This document shows, in pieces, positions 17,896-27,675 of a stretch of 64,000 bases of DNA (within the stretch, counting starts at the first letter, position 1; every line of letters begins with the position of its first letter). This stretch comes from Armatimonadota bacterium (GTDB lineage Bacteria > Armatimonadota > Fimbriimonadia > Fimbriimonadales > GBS-DC), in NCBI GenBank assembly GCA_037445735.1, contig JBBIJY010000015.1, positions 1 through 64,000 of the forward strand. The letters run 5' to 3'. Both the position numbers and the translations under genes were made by a program. The notes under the pieces were generated by a model. It worked only from the letters and a program-made list of their open reading frames with translations. It searched no databases and had not been told where the DNA came from.

Positions 17896-19665
17896 GTGAT
17901 GCAAAAACGACTCATCGCGGTTGGATTGATTTTAGCAATAGGATGTTGCAGCTGGGCGCAGAGGCTCAGTGGTTCCGATACCTTCGCTGATGTTGGCTTT
18001 GGCTTTGGATGCTTATCAGGCGGCAGTGGAATTGCCTCATGCCAGTTTATCACTGTGCGTGGGGAGCGCGATCTGCCGCCGCGTACAGGCGCTGACGGTA
18101 TCATCCGAAATATCACGGTTATCAATAGTACTGATCCATTTGGGCGTGTGGCGTTGCTTTGGAGCGGTTGGCGAAGCCATGGCGATCCCGACGCTGAGTA
18201 CTGGTTGCGCGGTATTAAAAATCCCTCTCCCATTTATGAGGCGGCACAGGTCGGTGATACCTTCAACTTTGGTGATAATACGCTGCACGGGTACATGTGG
18301 AACGGGAGCTATTGGCATGGAGCTTATCGCGCTGTACAGGCTGGTGTTTATGCGCAATCGGCGCCACGACCATCTATCCAGGTATTGAATGCTCCCTGGT
18401 GGAATATCGGAGACTATCGCGCACGCGATCTGCTCCCGAATCGTCCCGGTGTTCAGATAGACCCATGCTTGAACCTGCCTAACTGTGATCGGACAGGTCT
18501 GCGATGCCGCAACATATCGTTTCTTAATTTGCGCTTCTCGACAGGACTATATGCCGTCGCTCGTTCTTCAATCACTCTGTTTCAGATAGTAGGGTTGGAT
18601 CAGCAACAAGCAGTTCAATTGTCGTCGCCGTTCCGTGATGATGTCCAGATGGAAGCGGCACTCCTTGTTCAAGGTCAACAGCGGCAGCAGGCCTCCGCAA
18701 ATATCGTCTTTTATCCTGGCAATTCTGGCACTGGCACCATTGCCAATCAGGATAGGAACTGGGCACAATACGGCTTGCCTCCACGGGGTCTCTATCATCT
18801 TGAATATCGGGTTCAATTACGCCATATCCCTTATGACAAAAACGGCTTCCCCATTCAGATTAATCCAACTTTGGACCCTGTGGAGTATTTCCGCCAGGCG
18901 GATCGAGTCTACTTCGATCTGCGCCATCTTTACTATCGCGCAACAGGTGCCTATAATCAGGAAGGCACCTATAATGACAGCGATCTGCCTCCTGTCTGCA
19001 TCCCGAAGCAACCGGGTTCGTTAGATATCACCTTGAACTTGAGTGATTTCGGATTACCCTACGATTACACCGTTACCTTAGGTGGGCGCCGAATCGACGC
19101 CAACACAATCGAATGGGCACTCGATGAACAACCCAACCGCTGTGTGAATGTACAAGGAGTTAATGTGCTGATTTATCGGGTATGGGGACGGCTGCGCGCG
19201 AACCTGCAGCTTGTGCCAGCAGAGTGGAATGGCTCCTGCGCTCGATCTTTTAACCTGTTGATTAGTCCTGTCGACGGCGACGCGGGCAACCAACTCAATG
19301 GCGAATTGTATGCGCTTTGCTGGCATAACGATCAGGCACGGATTGATGTAGAAGTCCGCCAAATTGATTACACTGCACGCGGCGGTCAGCCCGATGCATT
19401 GCCACCGGACAATCCCCATATCCTGTACACCTTCACCGATTCAGAAGATGTCGAGTTTATGCTGTACGGTGACGCGAATGGTGATGGAGCGGTCGATGAT
19501 GCGGACCTGTTGACAGTTCTTTTCGAGTTTGGACGCGCTGGTAGGGATTTGGCGGGTGATGTGAATGGTGACAGCGTCGTCGATGATACCGATATCCTTA
19601 TCGTGCTGTTCCAATTTGGGCGTACCTATGGCGACTGCTGTCGTAACTGCCCGCCACCGGAATAA
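17896..19665 (+). CDS. Secreted protein with unnamed 4-Cys domain and C-terminal dockerin-like tandem repeat
   Basis: Signal peptide; tail GDANGDGAVDDADLLTVLFEFG..GDVNGDSVVDDTDILIVLFQFG; AT-richer than flanks. Confidence 0.8.
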   Translation: MMQKRLIAVGLILAIGCCSWAQRLSGSDTFADVGFGFGCLSGGSGIASCQFITVRGERDLPPRTGADGIIRNITVINSTDPFGRVALLWSGWRSHGDPDAEYWLRGIKNPSPIYEAAQVGDTFNFGDNTLHGYMWNGSYWHGAYRAVQAGVYAQSAPRPSIQVLNAPWWNIGDYRARDLLPNRPGVQIDPCLNLPNCDRTGLRCRNISFLNLRFSTGLYAVARSSITLFQIVGLDQQQAVQLSSPFRDDVQMEAALLVQGQQRQQASANIVFYPGNSGTGTIANQDRNWAQYGLPPRGLYHLEYRVQLRHIPYDKNGFPIQINPTLDPVEYFRQADRVYFDLRHLYYRATGAYNQEGTYNDSDLPPVCIPKQPGSLDITLNLSDFGLPYDYTVTLGGRRIDANTIEWALDEQPNRCVNVQGVNVLIYRVWGRLRANLQLVPAEWNGSCARSFNLLISPVDGDAGNQLNGELYALCWHNDQARIDVEVRQIDYTARGGQPDALPPDNPHILYTFTDSEDVEFMLYGDANGDGAVDDADLLTVLFEFGRAGRDLAGDVNGDSVVDDTDILIVLFQFGRTYGDCCRNCPPPE

Positions 19666-19800
19666 ACAATAATCTCGCTTGCAAGGCGTTTAGCATCAAA
19701 CCACTGCTTCTCCAGCCTTGCAATGAACAGGATGGCACAAAAGTTGCTGCAGAACCTGACAGCAACGCTGAAACACTGGGTCAGAAGGAGGATAACAGCG

Positions 19801-20508
19801 ATGCGACTGAAACGGAGATGGCTTATTGGGCTGGCAAGTGTTGCCATCGCATGTGCGGCCTACGCCCAGCCGCCCGGGGCGTCCGGGTTGGTGTGGCTGG
19901 ACAACGAGTACGAGTTCGACCTGAATAGCGCTCTGCTGGTTGCTTCTGGTGCGATCAGCACAACCATTGCAATCCCTGACCAACCTCCGCGATGCCTATC
20001 GAAGGACCCGAACACGCTCAACATCCGACTCGATCTGTCCGCTTTAACAGGCTTACCGGGTTTGCCAACAATTACTTTGACGGGTGCCGATATCGGCCCG
20101 GGCGCGGGAGTGGGCGGTCGCACCATCAACTGGTCCACAGGTCCAGTGGAGATCAACCTTTGCTTGAGACGGAGCGACTATCCGGACCTACCAGCTGACA
20201 TTCTTATTAAACGGCTCCTGGGCGCTAACCTGCGTGTAAATGCCGAGATTATTCCTGCTTATTACTCTTCAGCATGCAATCGAAACTTTTTTGTGAAAAT
20301 GACCCCCGTAGGGGGTAACCAGTTCAACTATGTAGAGGTAGAAGCTTATGCGTTCTGCGTGGAATCTTCGTTTACGCGCATCGTTGGTAGGGTCCAGGAT
20401 GCCAATTATATTGCTTATAGTGGACCTGTACCAGAACCTGCCAGCTGGCTTGTGTTAGCTGCGGGAGTAGCTGGGCTTTGTGGCAAACACCGCCGACGCT
20501 TTAGATAA
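19801..20508 (+). CDS. PEP-CTERM sorting domain protein
   Basis: AGGAGG RBS, signal peptide MRLKRRWLIGLASVAIACAAYA, C-terminus PVPEPASWLVLAAGVAGLCGKHRRRFR. Confidence 0.9.
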   Translation: MRLKRRWLIGLASVAIACAAYAQPPGASGLVWLDNEYEFDLNSALLVASGAISTTIAIPDQPPRCLSKDPNTLNIRLDLSALTGLPGLPTITLTGADIGPGAGVGGRTINWSTGPVEINLCLRRSDYPDLPADILIKRLLGANLRVNAEIIPAYYSSACNRNFFVKMTPVGGNQFNYVEVEAYAFCVESSFTRIVGRVQDANYIAYSGPVPEPASWLVLAAGVAGLCGKHRRRFR

Positions 20509-20538
20509 GCTTAGCCACGTCGGGTCGGCTACCTTCCC

Positions 20539-20568
20539 AACTCCCCCCAACCTTGGTTGGGGGGAGTT
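20539..20568. terminator. Perfect hairpin, probable terminator of the secreted-protein pair
   Basis: aactccccccaacc-tt-ggttggggggagtt followed by ccattttc. Confidence 0.6.
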
Positions 20569-20610
20569 CCATTTTCTGAACCTCTCCCAGTTGAACTGTT
20601 GCTCTGCCCC

Positions 20611-20640
20611 TTGACACGGCTGTCCGGGATGGAGTATAAT
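20611..20640 (+). promoter_or_regulatory. sigma70 promoter of the Fur/PerR-ATPase operon
   Basis: TTGACA-18 nt-TATAAT. Confidence 0.9.
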
Positions 20641-20646
20641 TCGCTG

Positions 20647-20663
20647 TGGAAAATGGTTATCCA
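20647..20663. promoter_or_regulatory. Putative Fur/PerR-family operator
   Basis: Imperfect palindrome TGGAAAAT-G-GTTATCCA over the predicted TSS, resembling a Fur 7-1-7 box. Confidence 0.5.
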
Positions 20664-20679
20664 GACGGAGGTGATGCTT

Positions 20680-21135
20680 ATGAATCCCCTCATAGAGGGG
20701 CTGAAGCGGGCGGGGCTGCGCCTGACACCCCAGCGCGTGGCTATCTGCCGCCTGCTGACCGAGAGCAAAGACCATCCGACAGCCTCGATGATCTATCACG
20801 CGCTGCTGCCCCAGTTCCCCACCCTCAGCCTGGCAACAGTCTACAAGACGCTCGATGTGCTGAAACAGCTGGGGCTGGTGCATACGCTGGGCGATGCGGG
20901 CGACGGCTGTGAGCATTTCGACGCCGATCTCACCCCGCATATCAATCTGGTCTGCATGCGCTGCCACCGTGTGAGCGATTATGAGGATGAGGCTATCGAA
21001 CAGGTGGGTCAGCGCGTGGCGGCGCGATCGGGCTATGAGATTCAGGGCGCGCGAATCGTCTACTACGGGCTGTGCCCTCACTGCCGCAACGGTGAGCGTG
21101 CAGCTATGGAACAATCGAATGGAGGTCCGCAGTGA
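20680..21135 (+). CDS. Fur-family regulator, PerR-like
   Basis: LRLTPQR, DHPTA..IY, SLATVYKTL, HINLVCMRC, YGLCPHC; GGAGG RBS. Confidence 0.9.
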   Translation: MNPLIEGLKRAGLRLTPQRVAICRLLTESKDHPTASMIYHALLPQFPTLSLATVYKTLDVLKQLGLVHTLGDAGDGCEHFDADLTPHINLVCMRCHRVSDYEDEAIEQVGQRVAARSGYEIQGARIVYYGLCPHCRNGERAAMEQSNGGPQ

Positions 21136-23438
21136 ACCCGATTCGATGGTGGCTGAAACGCCGGGCGGAGTCGGACTCCTGCTCCGACGAGATGGCGCGG
21201 ACACTGGCGCATCAGCCCGCCCTGCAGCGTATCCGCTACGACTATCAGCAGGATAAGGTGGAGGTCGAATATGACGGCGACCGCCTGCGCGCGGACGAGG
21301 TGCAGCGGAGCGTGGAGCCGCTGATACAGGCGCTGGGCGAGCGCGTGCCGACCTGCGCCCTGCGCGACCCGCAGGGAGGCGTCTGCGAGGAGTGCCCCAG
21401 CGTGCAACAGCACGGCAAGCAGTGGCGCCTGAACGGTTCCCTCTATCGCGCCGCGTTCGACGGGCGCGTGCTGACCGTCGAGCGCACGGATACAGGTCCC
21501 GCTGCGGGACGACTCGTGCGCCGTGTGAAGCCCGCTGAACCGCCCGTCCCGCGCTGGCGCACGCGCGCCTTCTGGGAGCCAGCACTGACCGCCACCAACC
21601 TGCTGATGCTCGTTCTGGGCGGGCTGGCAGATCGAGCGGGCGCATCGACGCTTGCCACGCTTGCCTATGGGATTGCTTATCTTGCTGGCGGCTACTTTGG
21701 CGCGCTGGACGGCTGGAAAACCCTGCGCGAGCGGCGCCTGGATGTGAACCTGCTGATGTTGCTGGCGGCAATCGGCGCTGCGCTGGTGGGCGAAGCCGCC
21801 GAAGGTGCCACCCTGCTGTTCCTCTTCTCGCTCTCGAACACTCTGCAAAGCTACGCGCTGACGCGCAGTCGGCGGGCAGTGCGGGCGCTGATGGCGCTCC
21901 AGCCCGATTTAGCCACACGGCTCACCGATGAGGGCGAGCAGGTCGTGCCCGCCGAAGAGCTGCAACCAGGCGAGCGCGTGCTGGTGCGACCCGGCGAGCG
22001 AATCCCAACCGACGGCGTCGTGTTGCGCGGCGAATCGCATGTGGATCAGTCGCCCATCACGGGCGAATCGGTGCCTGTTGCCAAAACCGCTGGCTCCCAG
22101 GTGTTCGCAGGCACGATTAACACCAGCGGCATCCTGGAGATTGAGGTTCAGCATCCGGTGAGCGAGACCCTGCTCCAGCGCATTTTGCGATTGGTGGAGG
22201 AGGCGCAGGAGCAGAAGGCGCGCTCGCAGCGGTGGCTGGAGCGGTTCGAGCAGCGTTACGCGCTGATCGTGCTGGGCGGTGCTGCGGTCGTTGCGCTGGG
22301 GCTGCCCCTGCTCGGCTGGGCGTTCGCCGACGCCTTCTATCGCGCCATGACGCTGCTCGTGGTCGCCTCGCCCTGCGCACTGGTCATCAGCACACCTGCC
22401 ACCCTGCTCTCCGCCATCGCTAACGCTGCCCGACGCGGCATCTTATTCAAAGGCGGCGAACCCATCGAACGGCTGGCAAGCGTGCAGGCGATAGCCATCG
22501 ACAAAACAGGCACGCTCACCGAGGGCAAACTGGTGTTCACCGACCTGATACCGATAGGCGAAACGCCCGAATCGGAGCTGTGGCAGTGCATCGCCGCTGT
22601 GGAATCGCTCTCGGAGCATCCGATTGCGCAGGCGCTGGTGCAGGCGGCGCAGGCGCGCGGCTATCAGCCCCAGCCGGTGGAGGCGTTTGAAGCGTTGCCT
22701 GGCAGGGGTGTGCGGGCGATTCGAGGCGGAACGGTGATCCTGATTGGCAATCTGCGCCTGTTTGAGGAAGTGCCTTCTGAAGCGCGTCGGCTCATCCAGA
22801 CCCTGCACGACGCGGGCAAGACGGCGGTGCTGATTGCCTGCACGCCTGCTGACCAGCCCGACGCGCCCATTCGCCCGCTGGGGGTAGCAGCGGTCGCCGA
22901 TCAGGTACGCCCCGATGCGGCGTCCGCTGTGCAACAACTGAAAGCGCTCGGAATACCCTGCATCGCGATGCTCACGGGCGATGCGGAGCCGATTGCGCGC
23001 GCTATCGCCCGGCAGACAGGCGTCGAGCGGGTCTACGCCGACCTTCTGCCCGATGAGAAACTGCAGGTGCTGAAACGCCTGACGCAGGAGTGCGGCGCGG
23101 TGGCGATGGTCGGCGACGGCGTGAACGATGCGCCTGCCTTAGCCGCTGCCGAGGTGGGCATCGCGATGGGCGCGGGCACCGATGTCGCCCTCGAAACCGC
23201 TGATGTCGCCCTCGTGGGCAACGATCTGAAGAACCTCCCCTACGCCGTCGCGCTCAGTCGCCGCGCGATGCGAATCCTGCAGCAAAACATCGCCTTCGCG
23301 ACGGCAGTGATCGTGCTGCTAATCGTGCTGACCTTCACAGCGGGGCTGCGCCTGCCGCTCGGCGTGATCGGGCACGAGGGCAGCACGCTGCTGGTGGTGC
23401 TGAACGGCTTGCGCCTGCTCGCCTTCCGCTATCGCTAA
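21132..23438 (+). CDS. Heavy-metal P1B-4 type ATPase (PfeT/ZosA/CoaT-like)
   Basis: ITGES, VASPCALV (SPC), DKTGTLT, SEHP, GDGVNDAP, HEGST. Confidence 0.93.
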   Translation: MNPIRWWLKRRAESDSCSDEMARTLAHQPALQRIRYDYQQDKVEVEYDGDRLRADEVQRSVEPLIQALGERVPTCALRDPQGGVCEECPSVQQHGKQWRLNGSLYRAAFDGRVLTVERTDTGPAAGRLVRRVKPAEPPVPRWRTRAFWEPALTATNLLMLVLGGLADRAGASTLATLAYGIAYLAGGYFGALDGWKTLRERRLDVNLLMLLAAIGAALVGEAAEGATLLFLFSLSNTLQSYALTRSRRAVRALMALQPDLATRLTDEGEQVVPAEELQPGERVLVRPGERIPTDGVVLRGESHVDQSPITGESVPVAKTAGSQVFAGTINTSGILEIEVQHPVSETLLQRILRLVEEAQEQKARSQRWLERFEQRYALIVLGGAAVVALGLPLLGWAFADAFYRAMTLLVVASPCALVISTPATLLSAIANAARRGILFKGGEPIERLASVQAIAIDKTGTLTEGKLVFTDLIPIGETPESELWQCIAAVESLSEHPIAQALVQAAQARGYQPQPVEAFEALPGRGVRAIRGGTVILIGNLRLFEEVPSEARRLIQTLHDAGKTAVLIACTPADQPDAPIRPLGVAAVADQVRPDAASAVQQLKALGIPCIAMLTGDAEPIARAIARQTGVERVYADLLPDEKLQVLKRLTQECGAVAMVGDGVNDAPALAAAEVGIAMGAGTDVALETADVALVGNDLKNLPYAVALSRRAMRILQQNIAFATAVIVLLIVLTFTAGLRLPLGVIGHEGSTLLVVLNGLRLLAFRYR

Positions 23439-23462
23439 CAACGAGATTTTCGAGGGAGTACC

Positions 23463-24104
23463 ATGAAAGTCATGATGCCGATGGAGACGCTTTTGCCAGA
23501 GGTGCTGGGCGTGCGGGCGACCTATGCGCTCTTAATCAGTTGTGTGGCGCCGCGCCCGATTGCATGGGTCAGCACGCTTTCACCCGAGGGGGTACCCAAC
23601 CTCGCGCCGTTCAGCTTCTTCAACGCGGGCGGCTCGAACCCGCCTTCAGTGGTGTTCTCACCCACCAACTTTCGCGACGGGCGCCCCAAAGACACTCTGC
23701 GCAATGTGGAAGCGACAGGTGAGTTCGTCATCAATATCGCACCCTACGAGCTGGCGCAACAGATGAACGAGACCTCCGCCGATTTTGAGTACGGCATCAG
23801 CGAGTTTGAGCAGGTGGGTTTAACACCGCTACCCGGTCAGCGCGTGAAGCCCTATCGCGTGGCGGAAAGCCCCATCCAGATGGAGTGCCGCCTCTTTCAA
23901 ATTGTTCGGCACGGCACGGGACCGCTCGCCGCCAACTATGTGATTGGCGAGGTGCTGTGCTTCCATATCGCCACGCATCTGCTGAAGGAGGGTCCTGTCG
24001 TGGACAATCGGGTCTCGGACCTGATTGGGCGCATGGGCGAGTCGTGGTACTGTCGCACCACGCCCGAATCGCTGTTCTGGCTGCCGCGTCCGCAACGCGG
24101 GTAA
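23463..24104 (+). CDS. Flavin reductase family protein (DIM6/NTAB type)
   Basis: VAPRPIAWVST, NLAPFSFFN, KDTLRNVEATGEFVIN. Confidence 0.9.
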   Translation: MKVMMPMETLLPEVLGVRATYALLISCVAPRPIAWVSTLSPEGVPNLAPFSFFNAGGSNPPSVVFSPTNFRDGRPKDTLRNVEATGEFVINIAPYELAQQMNETSADFEYGISEFEQVGLTPLPGQRVKPYRVAESPIQMECRLFQIVRHGTGPLAANYVIGEVLCFHIATHLLKEGPVVDNRVSDLIGRMGESWYCRTTPESLFWLPRPQRG

Positions 24105-24105
24105 A

Positions 24106-26505
24106 ATGTTCAGCGTGAGCTGGCGGATGGTGCGATGGTGGAGTCGGGTGGGCGGGGTTGCCCTGCTTACATGGCTGGCGGGTACGCTCCTGACATGGGC
24201 TGATGGGTCAACGCCGGCGCAGCGGGCGCTTATCGTCGCCATCGATTATCAGCCGGAGGCGATGGCTGACCAGCTCGCCCAGCTCAAGGCGCTCGGTGTC
24301 ATGCGGGTGGCGGTGCGCCTGACGGGGCTGCCCACGCGCCAGCGGTGGGATGCGCTGCTCGATACGCTGGAAAAGAGCGGGCTGGAGTGGTGGCTGTGGC
24401 TGACAGGATTGCCCCGTGCGCGCGGCTGGATATGCCTGCCCGAACGCTATCGGCTGCGCGGCGCCGAATCGGGAACCTACTCCGTTCAGATTCCCCAGGC
24501 GGATCAGGCGTTGCTCGCGCTCGCCCCGCGCGACCAGCCGAGCCTGCAAACCCTCTCGCTGCTTGCCCTGACCGATGGGCGTGCGGTGCTGGCTATCGGC
24601 AACAGCGCAGAGAGTGTGCTGCTCCTGTACCCGCGCCTCAACAACGCGCTGCCCGACCTGTGGGAAGGCTGGGACCACTATCGGGACGCGCTCCTTGCGT
24701 TGCTTCTGTCCCGCAAGCCCGTTAGTAACTTTCGCGGCTGGCTGATCGAAAGCGCGTGGGATGCGCAGGCGACCTGCGCCTTCCCCGAATCGGAGCGGTT
24801 CCGCGCCGAATGGCAGGGCTTCCTGAAGCTGCGCTATGGCGATCTGATCGAGCTGGAGCGGGCGTGGGACACCAGCGCGTCCATGAACCGATTCGAGCAG
24901 GCGGCGGCGCTCATCCCGCTCTGGCATGGTGAACGCGGCTTGCCCTACCTGACCACGCCCGACGGCAAGCAGAAGCCCATCGAGACCGACCCACGCGAGT
25001 GCCGATTCTGGAGCGATTATCACGCCTTTTTAGGTGAGAGATGGCGCACGCTGCTGGAGGGCTTGCGCCATGCGCTGCTCGGTTTCACGCCCGATGCCGC
25101 CTTCGAGGTGGTTCAGCCGATGCCCGACCCGACCGACCTGCCCCTGCCCGATGCGCTGAACCTGCCCGCCACCACAACAGGCTATTTTCTGCCAGCGTCT
25201 CTGCGAAGCGAATGGCGAACCTATCTGGTGCGGACCAGCTACACGGCACGCCAGGCGACCCCCCGTACGCCCCTGCGCGTGCTGGTGATGGAGTGGCAGG
25301 GCGAATCGGCGGAGCGGGCGGGGCTGATGCAGAGCCTCGCGCGGGAGATGGGCATCCCCACCCTCATCTGGCTGCTGCGCGAGCCAGCCACCCTCACACG
25401 CGACACATGGAACACCCTGCAGGCAACCGATAGCGACCCTGCTGAACCCACCTTTGTGCTGTTCCCCATAAGCCTGTGGGCGACCACGCGCCTGCAAAAG
25501 TGGCGCATCGGCTGGTGGCTGCCCGCCGACCCGCCGGGCGACCTCCAGCCCCTGTTCTGGGGCTACGAGCTGTTCGCCTTCTGGCGACCCGTCGAAATGC
25601 AGGTGCAGGACAAGCAGGGCAATCGCCTTGTGGTGAATCGGCTGGAGCTGTATCTGTGGACAGAGAGCGGCGAGCGCGAGGTGGTGCTGCGCCGTTTCGA
25701 TCAGGCGACGCTGGATGCGGTCAATCTCAACGGCGAGCCAGTGCCGCTCAGCGTTCGGGGCGACACCGTGCGCCTGAAGGTCGGCACCGTCCCTGTGCGC
25801 CTGCGCGGGTTCGAACTGCTCCCGCTGTGCGAAAGCGTGGTGAACGACTGGACTCAGCGTGTCGAATCGCTGCTGAAGCGCACGGCGCCTGCAGGTCAGG
25901 ATGCGCGCGTGCTGCAGTTTCTGTTCAACGGTGCGCTGGAGACCTATCGGCGCGATCGGGTTCAGGGCTTCCCGCTCGTGCGCGACGCCTGGCTCGATAT
26001 CGAGCGGGCGTTCCAGCCCTATCGCCTGCTGGAGGCGGAAAGCGCGCGCGAGCATACCTTCGGCACGGTTCGGCGCGACCTGTCAGCGAGCAGCGGCGCG
26101 ACGCTGTGGCTCCATACGCCGCTCAGGTCGGCACCCAGCGGCTACTATGCCCGCTATACGCTCAGTATCCGCACAGAAGGCGCCTATAATCTCTATCTGG
26201 CGTGCCGCCTCCCGCCCAACGGCACGCCCGACTCGGTGGAGTGGCAGCTTTTTGCCAGCACCGACGAAAAGGCGCCCATCGCGCGGGGGAGCGCCGTTTT
26301 AGACCCCGACAAAGCGGTCAGCCCCTACGCCGAGCGGTTCCTCTGGTTCCCGCTGGGCAGCGCGATGCTCAAAGCGGGCGATTATCAGCTGGAGCTGCGC
26401 CTGCTGCCCGCCACCGAGCGTGCCAACTTCTTTGCCGAATGGGACGCCCTGCTGATTGCCCCACCCGGCATCGCGCCCAGGGGCATCCTGCCGCCCGCGT
26501 ACTGA
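24106..26505 (+). CDS. Hypothetical secreted protein with GH42-like segment
   Basis: Long ORF with host-like codon use; FRAEWQGFLKLRYGDLIELERAW resembles the beta-galactosidase GH42 helix motif. Confidence 0.6.
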   Translation: MFSVSWRMVRWWSRVGGVALLTWLAGTLLTWADGSTPAQRALIVAIDYQPEAMADQLAQLKALGVMRVAVRLTGLPTRQRWDALLDTLEKSGLEWWLWLTGLPRARGWICLPERYRLRGAESGTYSVQIPQADQALLALAPRDQPSLQTLSLLALTDGRAVLAIGNSAESVLLLYPRLNNALPDLWEGWDHYRDALLALLLSRKPVSNFRGWLIESAWDAQATCAFPESERFRAEWQGFLKLRYGDLIELERAWDTSASMNRFEQAAALIPLWHGERGLPYLTTPDGKQKPIETDPRECRFWSDYHAFLGERWRTLLEGLRHALLGFTPDAAFEVVQPMPDPTDLPLPDALNLPATTTGYFLPASLRSEWRTYLVRTSYTARQATPRTPLRVLVMEWQGESAERAGLMQSLAREMGIPTLIWLLREPATLTRDTWNTLQATDSDPAEPTFVLFPISLWATTRLQKWRIGWWLPADPPGDLQPLFWGYELFAFWRPVEMQVQDKQGNRLVVNRLELYLWTESGEREVVLRRFDQATLDAVNLNGEPVPLSVRGDTVRLKVGTVPVRLRGFELLPLCESVVNDWTQRVESLLKRTAPAGQDARVLQFLFNGALETYRRDRVQGFPLVRDAWLDIERAFQPYRLLEAESAREHTFGTVRRDLSASSGATLWLHTPLRSAPSGYYARYTLSIRTEGAYNLYLACRLPPNGTPDSVEWQLFASTDEKAPIARGSAVLDPDKAVSPYAERFLWFPLGSAMLKAGDYQLELRLLPATERANFFAEWDALLIAPPGIAPRGILPPAY

Positions 26506-26506
26506 C

Positions 26507-27673
26507 CTACGAGCGTGGCACCTCCACCCAGCGCCGCTCGTTCACCGAAATCTCGACCGCTTCCAGCACTGCCTGACAGCGCAGCCCGTCGTAGAAGCTG
26601 GGCGAGGGCAGCTCACCCTTGCTGATTGCTTCCAGCGCGTCGCGCACCAGATGCGTGAAAGTATGCTCGTAGCCGATGATGTGCCCTGGTGGCCACCACG
26701 CGCTGATGTAGGGATGCACGCTTTCCGTGACCTGAATGGTGCGGAAGCCGCGTGTGCCCGCTGGATCGCTCTCCAGATAGAGTTCCAGCTCGTTCATCCG
26801 CTCCAGATTGAACACGATGCTACCTCTGGAGCCGTTGATTTCGAAGCGGTTGTAGTTCTTGCGTCCGAGCGCGAAGCGCGTGGCTTCGAAGGTGCCGATC
26901 GCGCCGTTTTCGAAGCGAGCTAGGAACGCGGCAGCGTCGTCGACGGTGACCTCGCCCATCTCGGCGCTGGCTTGCCCACCCAGGCGGTCATCCGCCTCGC
27001 GCAGGAGCGGACGCTGCTTGATGAAGGTGGTCATCATGCCGCACACCTCGCTGATCTCGCCCACGAGCCAGCGCGCCAGATCGATAATGTGCGCGTTCAG
27101 GTCGCCATGCACGCCGGAGCCGGCAATCTCCTTGCGCAGGCGCCACACCAGCGGGAAGTTCGGGTCCACAATCCAGTCCTGCAGGTAGGTGCCGCGGAAG
27201 TGGTAGATTTGCCCGATAACGCCGTCGTCGATGAGCTTTTTGGCGAAGCTGACGGCGGGCGCCTTGCGGTAGTTGAAGAAGATGCCGTGCTTCACGCCGC
27301 TCTGCTCCACCGCCTGCACCATCTCGCGGGCTTCCTGCAGGCTGTTGGCAAGCGGCTTCTCGCACAGCACTATCTTACCGTTTCTGGCTGCCGCGATGGA
27401 AATGGGCGCGTGCAGGTTGCCCGGTGTGGACACATCGACGAGGTCGATATCGTCGCGGGCGACCACGCGCTGCCAGTCGGTGTCGTACTCCTCGAAGCCG
27501 TACTTTTCGGCGGCGGCGCGCACGCGCTCCTCGTTGCGCCCGCAGATGACCTTCAACACGGGTTCAATCTCCAGCTCCGGGAAGAAACGGGCGACCTGTC
27601 GATAGGCGTTGCTATGCGCCTTGCCCATGAACTGGTAGCCAATCAGCGCGACATTCAGCTTCCGTTTCGCCAT
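26507..27673 (-). CDS. Gfo/Idh/MocA oxidoreductase
   Basis: [29 protein letters not shown]. Confidence 0.93.
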   Translation of the reverse strand: MAKRKLNVALIGYQFMGKAHSNAYRQVARFFPELEIEPVLKVICGRNEERVRAAAEKYGFEEYDTDWQRVVARDDIDLVDVSTPGNLHAPISIAAARNGKIVLCEKPLANSLQEAREMVQAVEQSGVKHGIFFNYRKAPAVSFAKKLIDDGVIGQIYHFRGTYLQDWIVDPNFPLVWRLRKEIAGSGVHGDLNAHIIDLARWLVGEISEVCGMMTTFIKQRPLLREADDRLGGQASAEMGEVTVDDAAAFLARFENGAIGTFEATRFALGRKNYNRFEINGSRGSIVFNLERMNELELYLESDPAGTRGFRTIQVTESVHPYISAWWPPGHIIGYEHTFTHLVRDALEAISKGELPSPSFYDGLRCQAVLEAVEISVNERRWVEVPRS

Positions 27674-27675
27674 CG

